The notes under the pieces: model-generated | Told to the model about the DNA's origin: nothing | The model's input: only the letters and a program-made list of their open reading frames with translations | Databases searched by the model: none | Assembly (NCBI RefSeq): GCF_009834535.1 | Contig: NC_045696.1 | Location: 108,378,001 to 108,442,000, forward strand | DNA from: Camelus ferus | Lineage: Eukaryota | Direction: 5' to 3' | DNA: 64,000 nt | Shown: positions 47,408 to 58,345 of the stretch, piece after piece | How positions within the stretch are numbered: the first letter of the stretch is position 1 | How the letters are laid out: each line of letters begins with the position of its first letter | Program-made: the position numbers and the translations under genes

Positions 47408-47859
47408 TTTTTTTTATTGAAGTACAGTCAGTTACAATGTGTTGATTTCTGGTGTCAGCAAAATGTCCCAATCATGTATATACATACATATATTCGTTTT
47501 CATATTCTTTTTCATTAAAGGTTATTACAAGATATTGAATATAGTTCCCTGTGCTATACAGAAGAAATTTGTTTTTAATCTATTTTTATATATAGTGATT
47601 AACATTTGCAAATCTCAAACTCCCAAATTTATCCCTTTCCACCCCCTTCCCTCTGGTAACCATATGATTGCTTACTATGTCTAAGAGTTTGTTTCTGTTT
47701 TGTAGATGAGTTCATTAGTGTCCTCTTCTTTCTTCTTCTCCTTCTTTTTTTTTTTTTTGGATTCTACATATGAGTGATATCATATGGTATTTTTCTTTCT
47801 CTTTCTGGCTTATTTCACTTAGAATGACAATCTCCAGGTCCATCCATGTTGCTGTAAAT
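47408..47859 (-). mobile_element. Young lineage-specific L1 3' end (5'-truncated)
   Basis: A poly-T run followed by ATTGAAGTACAGTCAGTTACAATG. The TSD is CACCTACCCACTT (47395-47407) and CACCTGCCCACTT (47860-47872). Confidence 0.9.
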
Positions 47860-49109
47860 CACCTGCCCACTTCTTATGTCTTTTTGTGGAAAAGAGGAGT
47901 CTCAGGCCTGAGGGAAAAAGAGAATGCCTCCCCTGGCTCCTGATGAATCCCCCTTGCCAGGTGTGTTGGGCTCACCTGACGTTGTCAGAGGGGCTCCTGT
48001 TGGATCCAGGGGAAGAAGGAACCTACCTCGGTTGCTTTGTACTGTGAGATTGGGGGCTGGGAAATACCAGGTCTGGGTAGCCTTCTTATGTTGGGTGGGG
48101 GGATGCAAATGCCCTGCCTCCGTGTTGTTGCTCTAGCCTGAAATTCCAAACCGATTTACCTTTCTCTTACCACCTTTCAGAGATCTTCTTTGGTTGTCCT
48201 GTGTTCCATTTCCAGGGTTTATAGCTGTGCTTAGAATGAAAGAGGCAGGCAAATCAGGTTTACACCATCATGTCTGGACTGAAGGTGACTCCAGCATTTT
48301 TCTTTGATGGTTTCCTCATCTTCATTGACTTTGGTCTCTCCTACTGGAATTACTATTAAATGTACTTTGGACTCTGTTTTCTTCACGTTTAAAAATCTTT
48401 ACTTTTTAATTTTCCATTTCTGCCTTTTTGCTATGGAAGATTTCCTTGTCTTTCCATCTACTATTTTGGTTTTCATTTATGTTAATTCTTCTTTTTTTCT
48501 GCTCTGCTATTTAATTGTTATTTCAGTTTTCAGAATTCAAATTTTCAATAGTTCTTTTTCCCTCAGATTGCTCTCTTCAAATATTTTCTCAAAAGACTCT
48601 AACTATTCAAGTAAGAAGGACAATTTTAAACTCACTTTCTTTCCTTGATTTCTTTAATTTGTTGTTGTCTTGGTTCATTTGGGCTTCCTCTTTCATGCTG
48701 TTGATCTTCCTTAAAGGCCTTGTGAGCCCTGGCTGACTTTTCATGTTTATGAAACAAAGACAAGGCTGTTTGGTACAGGAGGTGCACAAGGGACCCTTTG
48801 CCACGGTGGGCAAGGCCTCAGGGGGAGTACGGATGTTGAGCCTGGGCTGACGGGCAGGTTCATGATTCCCACCACTCCATAACTGGCCTTGACCCCTGTC
48901 ACAGAACTTTACTGCATTTTATTCTTGAGTGGAGATGCTCTGTTTCTGTCTGTTGGTCTGCTAAGGAGGTTAGGAGGCGCCTGGACTCTCCTCTCCACTT
49001 TCCCCAACATCCACACTGTGGCCACGGCGCCAGCCAGGTACAGAAGCTGCAGCCAACTTCCTTGTGACTCAGGAAGGCACAGGGCCAACTAGCCCAGAGG
49101 ATAAGCCCT

Positions 49110-49786
49110 CAGTGGATACTAGTGGGGGGTGCCCTCTTGAGGACTGTGCAAGTGGCTTCACTGGGTGTGCAAAGAAAAGCTTAACTTTCACTGACATGAA
49201 TTTTATCTCAAATATGAAAAACAATAAGGCTTACTAATTTTAACATATGGATTGTCATTCCTGAATAAGATAGAGTTTCTTAATCTACTCGTTTGCTTGT
49301 TTAATTGTCTTGTGGTGAATTGCAGTTTATATCTTCTTGGTTAAGGAGATTTATGGATAATAGATTCCATTTTTAAAGAATCTAATCCTTTCAAAATGGT
49401 TAAGTGATTAAAATTTTTGGCATAGGAAATGTGAATCCAAGAAAATTTTAAAATGCCAACACTAAGAAACAACTTGAGAATAGCAAAGCCAATACGCCTA
49501 ACTTTAATTAACTATATTATGTGATGACAAGCATGATGCTTTTATGAGATCTGATGAGAATTTGGTCCCTAACTTTCAAACTATCATGACTTCTTAGATG
49601 ATGCAGTCTCACTGATGATCATTAATGATTAATCTCGACTAAATATAAATTGCGTAGACATATTTGCTAGTGAATATAACATATGTATATAATTTATAGA
49701 TAGATACATTTACATAAACTGTGCATGTGTGCTTAATTCTTTTTAAGTGAAAGAGTACGTGACTCAAAACAATTTGGAAACCGCTG
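49110..49786. mobile_element. hAT-Charlie-family DNA transposon fragment
   Basis: AT-rich body ending in AATTTGGAAACCGCTG, which resembles a Charlie TIR, followed by CTGTAGAC, which resembles the NTCTAGAN target. The left end is unclear. Confidence 0.5.
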
Positions 49787-52029
49787 CTGTAGACAGTCCT
49801 CCAACTAACAATCCTGATTGTCACTCTACAGCCAAACTCAAGCTGGAGACCCTCTGGGGCTCCCCTGGGAGGTCCTGTGCTTACAGCTGCTCGAGGCTTC
49901 TCCCTCGTGGTTTTGAGTTGCAACAATCAGCCACATCTGTACTCCGTCGCCCATACATTTTTTATAATTTCTGTTCCATCGATGATACTCTTCCACATAT
50001 TTAAGGCCGTCATGGATTTTTTTTTTTCCAAATGTCTTTGACACATCTGCCGGATTTTGCAGGAGGAAGGACACTGTGTACACGTTGGCCACCATCCCGA
50101 ATCTGACACCAAGACGTTGCTATTGAACTTGGAGAACGAGAAATTCCCTACTGAATGTGTCCTCTGTAAACAATATTTTCTGTTGGTCTTTATTAAAACA
50201 AAAGTCAAAAAAGCAGCCTGACACAGGAATCAGGAGATAGAGCATGCAAGCTTGGATTCTGTCATGCAGTAGAGAACTCCTGGGGCTCCACATGGCATTG
50301 GCATGTTATCCGAGGGGGTAGGTGAGACTGGCGGAGGGAAGGGCAGGTTGTTATTAGCATTGGGTGGTGTCATTTAAAGGGAAATAGAAAGGACTGTTTC
50401 TCTACCAGCATGACGCTAGCATCAGAATTAGAACCAAGCATCCTCCACCCATCCCTGCCCCAGCTGCAATGTGCCACCTCCTGGTGCCCTTCTCTGCTTA
50501 GGTTCTTAGAAGTTTCTGGGCTTCCTTTTAATAAGGGAGGTTGCTTCTTTATAATAAGGCCCTCCCATTGCTTAACTTTATGATGCACGTCCTCCTTCCT
50601 AAATATGTCATGCTGCACATTCAACATGAAAATGAATTTAAATTAATTGGGTTTGAGATTCCTTTTTGGAGAATTTCATGAGGCTCTTTGAAATACCAGA
50701 AGTGTCACAAGCACAAGTTGGGAAGCAGGCGTCGGGTACAAAGAGTATCTTCTAGAGGAAGACACAGTTGTCAAAAAGGTATTTTTCCCCCCGCAGTGAC
50801 AGGTGGCTGTGACAGCTCTGGTTTGTCAGCAGGCAGACACATGAGGATGAGGGCATCAGAAATGAAAGATGCCAGTGAAAATATCTCTTTCCATGGCTGT
50901 GAAGTGATCATGACATTGCTGTATCATAACGCAGCACTGAAGACAGAATCAAATTTAAATCTCTCAACCTGCAGAAGAAAATTTTACCTGATAATGCCCC
51001 CCTACCCCAGTCCTTTCTATATTTACTGGTGTTCCCTGAGGGAGAACGGGAAGGGCAGGACTGAGAAGCGGACCTGTCCATGCCCATGGATTTCTGGAGG
51101 CTGGAGGCTGGAGGCTGCTTCAGACTAGGTGTGTTTTTCAGGCTTGTGTCCTGGGGGCTGTGGTCCCAGGGAGACTGGGTGCAGGATGCACCAGGGAGGG
51201 TGAGGTAGGTGTAGTGCCCAGAGCCCAGCACCAGGGGGAGACCTACCTTTTGAATTAAGAGGCACAGTCACCTTGATATGATGGTCCATTTGTACGAAGG
51301 CCCCTTCCCATCTTCCGAGGGTTGCAGGTCATGGCAAGCGTGTTTGCTTTCTTAGGAAAAAAGGTCTTAGAGAAATACTCTCTCCTCAAGTCTTCTGGAA
51401 ATAGCTGATGGCTACTGTAATTACTTTCCCAAATGACTAGAGGCTGAGGGCTGTGGCTGAGAACATAGCTAGCCACAGAGTCCTGAATAAGGTAACCTAG
51501 ACCCTAGAATGCTTCTTCCATCAACCAGGCATAGTGGTGAAACAGCAACTTCCTGCTGGGTCTGAGTTGAGGTAGCTGTGACCAAGAGCCAGAGAGGGGC
51601 TTTGCAGGTATTAAGCTCAGAATGGGGGTGAGGCCAGGAGGCAAGGGCTGTTATAGACACAGGTGGATTCCTGGATGGGTCCCAAATGCCCACTCCCTTA
51701 TGTGGTCTACTGTGGCTCCGCTTCCCACATTTTCTCTGAACATTTGGGAAAACAACTGTGGGTAAATCAATAGCCAATTCGTGTGACAATGAGTTTTCTA
51801 AGCTCTCCATCTATAATGGGTAGACATCCTTTTCTTCATACCTTCAAGTGTAAGGCTTACCCTCTAAGTCTACTGCTGTGGAGTTTCGGGGGGAAAGGTT
51901 TATATCCATCCTAGCCCTGCATGTGTTTTGAAAACCTGTCAAGTCTGCCTGCTTGTTTTCCATTGGTAACTGTGGGCGACCAGATCTAGCGTTAGGTATC
52001 AAGCTATCATTTTATCTGTCATTTAAAAA

Positions 52030-54430
52030 AACATAGGGGTCTTCTCCAAAAACCTACTGAAATGATATTTAAAAAAATAAAAGACATACACCTTCAAGGA
52101 CAAAGAGATTATAAAAGAAGCAGCACCAACAACATTTTTGGAAGCTGGATTGCAGGTGTACAGGTCACATTTGACTTAGCATAAAGAAAGCTGGATCTAA
52201 AGGTCACAGTGGGGAAAGCTGCAAAGCAAACCAGTTTCTACCCCCACGCTCTCAAAAGGCTCAGGACTCACTGGTCCTGGTACACCTGGGAGTGGGGATG
52301 AAAATAATCCTAAAATCAGAATGAATGAGGTTCTAGATTCCTCCAACTCCAGGAAGGTCGAGTCCTGACCCTTCTCCACCCTTCCAGAATATTGGGAGCT
52401 TATTTTCTGGAGAAAAGAGAAGAGAAGTTCTCTGCCTTGAGGGCATCAGAACTGTGTGAGGGCAAGGTCACCATCGGGGAAGAAGGGATTACATGCAAGC
52501 TTGTACACTGAATGATGAGGCTGCCAGCCCTCTTTCACACTCAGGTCCCAGGACCCTGGCAGCCAGACTTGACCTTCCAAGAAGAAGATCAGAAGAATTT
52601 TCTCTGAGGAACATGACCAGCTTAGGTGGACAGACCAAAAGATAATGGAATTGAAGCTTCCCATCCACAACAGGGAAGACCTAGCCACTTACACAGAGCT
52701 CCCAGGCAGACTTTCAGTTTCCTAATCTTAAACATAAGTGGACAATTAAGTGTCACCAGAAACTGAAGAAGTCATCTAACTTAAAACATAGAGATCAAAA
52801 CAAGCAGGATAAAAAGCAACTTGGACGAGATGCAGGAATTAGAAAAGTTTTTAAAATCCATCATTAATATCATTTGATGGCTAATACAGATATTATCTCC
52901 ATGAAACAAAAGAAGGGGAGGCCATAAACGTTAATATTCAGGTAGCACAAACGTAATCCTGAAAATTTAAAATACGATGCTAAAATGTGAAAAACCCAAT
53001 AGGAAAGATAAAGTTAAAGATATCTCCCAGAAAGTAGCAACAAAAAGAACAAGAAAAGAGATATAATTGAGAAGAAATAGTGGAACATTTTAGGAATGTC
53101 TTGGAGATCTAAAATCTAAATAACAGGGACTCCTGAAAGGGAGAACAGAAAAAATGGAAGGGAGGCATTCATCAGAGAAAGTAAGGCAACTTCCTTGAAG
53201 GGAAGGGCATGTGTTTCCAGACTAAAAAGACCAACTGAGTGCCCAGCAAAAAGCAAAGCCACATCATCACCACCGTCATCAACATCACCATCGGCATCTG
53301 TAAAAGTGGACACATACATGTGATTATTGATGGCACTGGGAAGTAAGCAGAGCAGAGCTTTAATCCCTGAGAGAAGGGAAACTCAGCCAGAGCTGGCCCC
53401 AAGTTCCCTGGCTTTCTGTCTGGGGACTCTATCCCTACCATAGGGTAGATGGAGGAAGTAATGTCTCACTGAACTGAGGAGGTAGATATGGAGACTGGGC
53501 TGCTGACATGGCTTGGAGGGATGACCATGAACACAAAGAGCAAGGACCTGAATTACCTAGCAGGGAGCAGGTACTGCAGGACAAAAGAGCAGCAGAGGTA
53601 CCTGAGGTCCCACAGTGCTGGGAGACACTCAAACTTCAATGGAGTCAGGGTGAAGAGTCCTTATTATACCTCTGGAGTATTCCAGAAACCCCCAAAAGGC
53701 CATATCTTAGCCATAAAGATCACAGAAACAAAAACAAATTGTAAGAAAGAAAAAAAAAGTAGACATTAAAAAAAACACAAAAATTCTTAGCAAACTATTA
53801 ACAAATTGAATCCAGCACTATATAAACTCAGTAATACACTTTAGCCAAGTGAGATTTATCCCAGGAATGCAAGTTGGCTTAACATTTCAAAAATAGTGTA
53901 ATTTACCACATTTACAAAATAAAGGGGAAATATTATTTTAATAGGTAGAAAATATTTGACAAAATTCAACAATTATTCATGATAAAAATCCTCAGAAAAC
54001 TGGGACTAGAAGAAAATTGTCCTAATCTGATTTTAAAAAAATCTACAAAAGAATATCCTACAGCTAAACAACATACTTGATAATGAAATATTCAACACTT
54101 TCCAGCTAAGATTGATTTCAAGGCAAGGATAGTCTCTCATACTTCTATTCAACATTTTATTGGAGGTTGTAGCCATTGTAATAAGGCAAGATATAGAAAT
54201 AAAATTACAAAGATGTGAATAAAGAAGTAAAACTACCACTATTCACAAACATTTTTGTTCACGTGGAAAACTGTAAGAAAGCCACACACCAAAGAAACCT
54301 ACAGAATCTAATTTATGAAACTGGCAAAGTACAAAATATAAAGTTAATACAGAATGTAAATGAATAGGTATATAGTAGCAGCGAACAATCGAAGTGAAAT
54401 TACAGCATAGTACATACACTATAATCCAAA
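52030..54430 (+). mobile_element. Old L1 fragments: 5' region, ORF1 remnant (about 52850-53270) and ORF2 RT remnant (about 53770-54430)
   Basis: AACAGGGACTCCTGAAAGGGAGAACAGAAAAAATGGAAGGGAGG (ORF1), plus CCAAGTGAGATTTATCCCAGGAATGCAAGTTGGCTTAACATT and TTTGACAAAATTCAAC (ORF2). Non-L1 sequence may intervene. Confidence 0.75.
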
Positions 54431-54559
54431 CTTCAAGACATGGCTGACAGACGACAGATAAATAATAAATAGATACATGGGTGATAGGTAATAGGTTACT
54501 TACATAGATGAAAGATATTACAGGACAGGGGAAAATGGATCAAAGGAATGTATATGAAT

Positions 54560-55070
54560 GTTTCCCCTGTGAACAGAACAGCATCTGTTCCACCCTAGCT
54601 TTTGTCATCGTAATAAATGGCATCTATATCTTCCCAGTTGCTCCAATCAGATACCTTGAAGTGATTCCTGATCACACCTCTCTCACAAAGACCACATCCA
54701 AGTAATCACCAAGTTCTGGTAATTCTTCCTTGAAAGACAGCTTTAATCTGTCCACTTCTCTCCGTCAGAGTTGCAACCACCTCAGTCCAGGCCATTATCT
54801 TTTCTCATTGGGACTGCCCCTAAATTGCTTCTCCAAATCTAACACATCTTCCATAGGGCCATCATAGTGATCTTTTTATATTTATTTTTATTTTTTTACT
54901 GGAGGTACAGCAGATTGAACCCAAGACCTTGTGTATGCTAAGCATGCGCTCTACCACTGAGCTATACCTCTACCCCAAAAGTGATCTTTCTAAAAAGTAA
55001 ACTGATGATGTCCCCCTCTGCTTAACACCCATCAAAGACGTTCAATTGCCTCCAAAGTCATCCAAACTGC
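54560..55070 (+). mobile_element. L2 fragment, interrupted by a Vic-1 SINE
   Basis: AAATGGCATCTATATCTTCCCAGTTGCTC...CCACATCCAAGTAATCACCAAGTTCTG...AGTCCAGGCCATTATC. Confidence 0.7.
54876..54976 (-). mobile_element. tRNA-Ala-derived camelid SINE (Vic-1 type), short form
   Basis: Reverse complement GGGGTAGAGGTATAGCTCAGTGGTAGAGCGCATGCTTAGCATACACAAGGTCTTGGGTTCAATC... plus an A-rich tail. AGTGATCTTT is repeated at 54866-54875 and 54980-54989. Confidence 0.9.
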
Positions 55071-55289
55071 TAGAGATACTACCTGAGAGAAAGGCATCCT
55101 CCTGCCTTCAACATCAGGTCAGTGCCTCCCGTTGGCTGAGCTTTGCCAGAAGCCAATTGAGGATGGAAAACACTGCCTGCAGGGGTCAGCCTCCCCCTGC
55201 CCCCACTTCAAGAGGACAAGCATCAGGGGAAAGATAAGAATGGATCTGAAGGTACAGGGGCCAGGATGGACTTTAGCTGGAGAGGTCAG

Positions 55290-55740
55290 GGGAGTCCTCT
55301 CAGGAGGTGACTTCAAACTGAGCCCTGAAGGATAAGAAAGAGCAACTATGTGAAGGATGGGGGAGCACAGGCTAGGGCAGAGAGAACAGCCTGGGAAAAT
55401 ACTGAGGCAGAAAAGAGGAACAGTGTTGTCCTGAAACACTGAAAGAAAGGCAATGTGTGTGGGATGTGGTGAGTAAGGGGCATAAAGACTCAAACGAGGC
55501 AGAGAGACGGGTGTGGGGCCCATGATGCCAGGGTCTCACAGACCGTGGTGTAGTGTCCACACTCGATTTTTGGTGGCTTAGTCTGAACACTCATCGGGGC
55601 AGAAGAAAGATTCTTTCTGGCTGCTGTGTGCAGAGGAATTGGCTCGGGTGATGTGAGGAGGCAGGGAGACCCAGGGGAGGCTGTCACATCCATGCTTGGA
55701 GGAGGCAGTGGAGGTGAAGGGAACTGAATGGAGTCCAGGT
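55290..55740 (-). mobile_element. L2 fragment
   Basis: CTCAGGAGGTGACTTCAAACTGAGCCCTGAAGGATAAG...AAAGATTCTTTCTGGCTGCTGTGTGCAGAGG. Confidence 0.65.
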
Positions 55741-55822
55741 ACCTTTCCTTCCCCCTTGTCCTAGTGAGGACAGGAAGGGCCGACTTCCCTGGCATCCTCT
55801 TAAGTCTAAAGACAACTTCTCT

Positions 55823-55988
55823 ATATTCAGTTTCCTGTAATAACATATAATGGAAAAGAATCTGAAAAGAAACTATATATGTGTATGTATACGTATAACT
55901 GAATCACTTTGCTGTACACCTGAAACTAAATTGTAAGTCAACTACACTTCCATACAAAATAATAAGTAAATAAGTAAATAAATTTTAA
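55823..55988 (+). mobile_element. Short L1 3' end (cetartiodactyl type) with a perfect TSD
   Basis: TAATGGAAAAGAATCTGAAAAG...ATAACTGAATCACTTTGCTGTACACCTGAAACTAA. The 15-bp TSD AAAGACAACTTCTCT lies at 55808-55822 and 55989-56003. Confidence 0.9.
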
Positions 55989-57889
55989 AAAGACAACTTC
56001 TCTCCAGGCTGTGTTCTGTGATAGCTGAGCCTCTTTCCTCCTCATTCCGACAGCTGCCAGGCTGGAGCTGGGGAAGCTCATGGCCCTAATACCCTTATGA
56101 TCCATTCCTTCTTCCTTGGAGCCCCCTGACTATCTGGGCCTCTTCTTCCAGAAACTGGGGCAAAATTCAACCAGGGCCATAGGCCACTCACACTGATTGT
56201 GCATGAAACCAGTGGACTTAGGGGAGGGAAATAGAGCCTGACGAGGGCTTGGTCTCCAGGAATTTGGATGGCTTTTGAGGCAGTTGGAAGCCTGGGCCTT
56301 GATTCACTCATTTCCTTAAATTCCCTAAACTGCTTGTTTTCCAGCCCATTTCCTCTTTTCTCTGAGGAACTAGTGGAGGTAATGGCCCCTTGCAGCCCCC
56401 TTCTGCTCGTGCATAACTCACACACCAAGGGCAAACTCGGTGATGACAGCCTTTCTGCCTGTGTGTCTATGGGTGGAGCACAGTCTTGACCACCAGCTCT
56501 GAGCAGGAAGCTTTGCATCCACTCACAGCCCCCAAAAGGCCAGGAACAATCTACTCACCAGGCCCACTGACACATTTCTTGAGCCCAGTCCTACATCTGC
56601 TCTTTCCAGCTCCAGGCTTCTTCTTTGAGAAGAACACTCACTGGGTTTTAAGGTAAGTCACTCCCAATATCAGGAGGGTGTTCCAAGCTCATCACAGAGG
56701 ACTTGGAATGGAGCTGGGCTACTGCAGCTGAGGAATCAGGCCACTTGGAAGCCAAGAAATTTTTCAACTCATTTGTATACCCTGTTTTCATACCAGGCAT
56801 TTACTGGGCATCTTCTTTATACTCACCCCTGTTCCAAGTACTATAGAGAATAGAGATTGATCTCATAGTAGGTCCTCATCTTTACACTTTACCTGAGAGA
56901 ATAAGCCCTTTATCGACTCAGCAAATAGCAAGGTCTTTCCTGCCTAGAAAGGCATCCTGCCTACCTATATGATAGCAGGAACAAATATCATACTTTGTTG
57001 TGAAATAGTAAAGGCATTTCTATTAAATAAGAAAAAACATAAATACATCTGCCAATGTTACTATTGAATTTTTTTCTAGAAGTTCCAGACAATGCAATAA
57101 GGCAGGAAAACAAATTAAACAAATGACAAATTAAATCTTACCTCTTGGTGGCTCTACCAGCAGTAAGGATTCAGAGGAACCCCAGGGGACTGTCAAGGTT
57201 AAGGCTGTCTTGGATTGGTGAGTGAAGAGGCAAATCTTTGTCAGCCCTAAATTAGGATCCTACCCTAATCTGAAAGAATTCCCCCACAGGATTCTCTTTA
57301 TGATATTCTGGAGAAATGGCTGGCCATGCAATCTCAGCTCTCGCATTTACAATATCAGGTTTGCTGTATGCCAGGGTTTCTCATTTTGTGCTGGGGAAAG
57401 TCTGGCAAAAAGTCCTTTCTTATACTGAACATAAACTTGTTGCCTTGTACTGTGATAGTTCTATCTTCTCAGCTGACTCAGTGCATTTCATCCTAAAGAA
57501 AAGGCTGCTCTCATGTGCCTTCTGAGTGTTTTCTGGGCTCAGCCACTCATTTCTTCCAATTCTCCCTTCTAAGTCTTGGCTTTGCTTCCCTCATCATCCC
57601 AGGGTTCCGATGGAAATACTCCCTGTGAAGGGCTCAGAGCCCAGAACCAAGTCCAGCACTCCAGAGTGGGGAAAATTCTCACCTGAGTTCACTGAGGTCA
57701 TCATCCCCCTACCCCACCACCCAGGGCAGACACTCTGCTTCTGTTATTTCCCCTCTTGGTATCCTACTTTCCTGATCCATCCAAGGTGGATAAAAAATGA
57801 TACTAACTTCATAGGGTTACTTGAGTGTTAAAGCAAATAATCCCTGTCAAGCACTAAACACGCTCACTAAACGTGGTTCATTAACTGAA

Positions 57890-58345
57890 CCTGGGTCTCC
57901 TCTGGAGCCTGAGACAAAGCTTTGCAGGCAAGGAATTTATTTTGGGAGAAATGGCAGGCAATAGTAGTAGGGGATTGGGAAGTCCATGTACAGGTCCTAG
58001 GAAGAGTGAAATACAAGGGAGGGAAGGCTAGTACATGGGTATGTCCCTAAGTTGGTCACCAGTGTTGCCAACTGGGGCTCAATCCTGCTGGAATCCCCTG
58101 CAAAGCAGTGTATCTTGGAATTGTCCCCCTGAGGGGTGGAAGAGAGAGCATTTATTGCTGCCCATTGGCCAAACGTGGCCTTCTTGTGTGTTGACTTCCT
58201 CACACTTCTGACTGCATGTGGCAGTGCCAGCAGGTCCTCAAAATGTCCCACACTGAGAAATTCGAGAATCCCTCAAAAACAATGAGACAAGGTGCAGCAG
58301 AAGCAAGATGCTATCAGGTTACACTTACACAGAAGTTGTTGCAAG
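57890..58345 (-). mobile_element. ERVL solo LTR, LTR33-like
   Basis: GAGCCTGAGACAAAGCTTTGCAGGCAAGGAATTTATTTTGGGAG...CAACTGGGGCTCAATCCTGCTGG...GAATTGTCCCCCTGAGGG. Confidence 0.6.

Larger units (their letters stand above)
44100..48760 (-). mobile_element. Cluster of nested old L1 fragments (3' UTRs, ORF2 end, ORF1 and 5' regions)
   Basis: An L1MB-like 3' part spans about 44920-46010, with the minus ORF MANKHMKRRSASLVFREMQINTTVRYHFTP (ORF2 C-terminus). ORF1-region words such as TTTGGAAAGTTTTCAGCCATGATTTCTTCAAA occur at about 46950. Confidence 0.8.
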
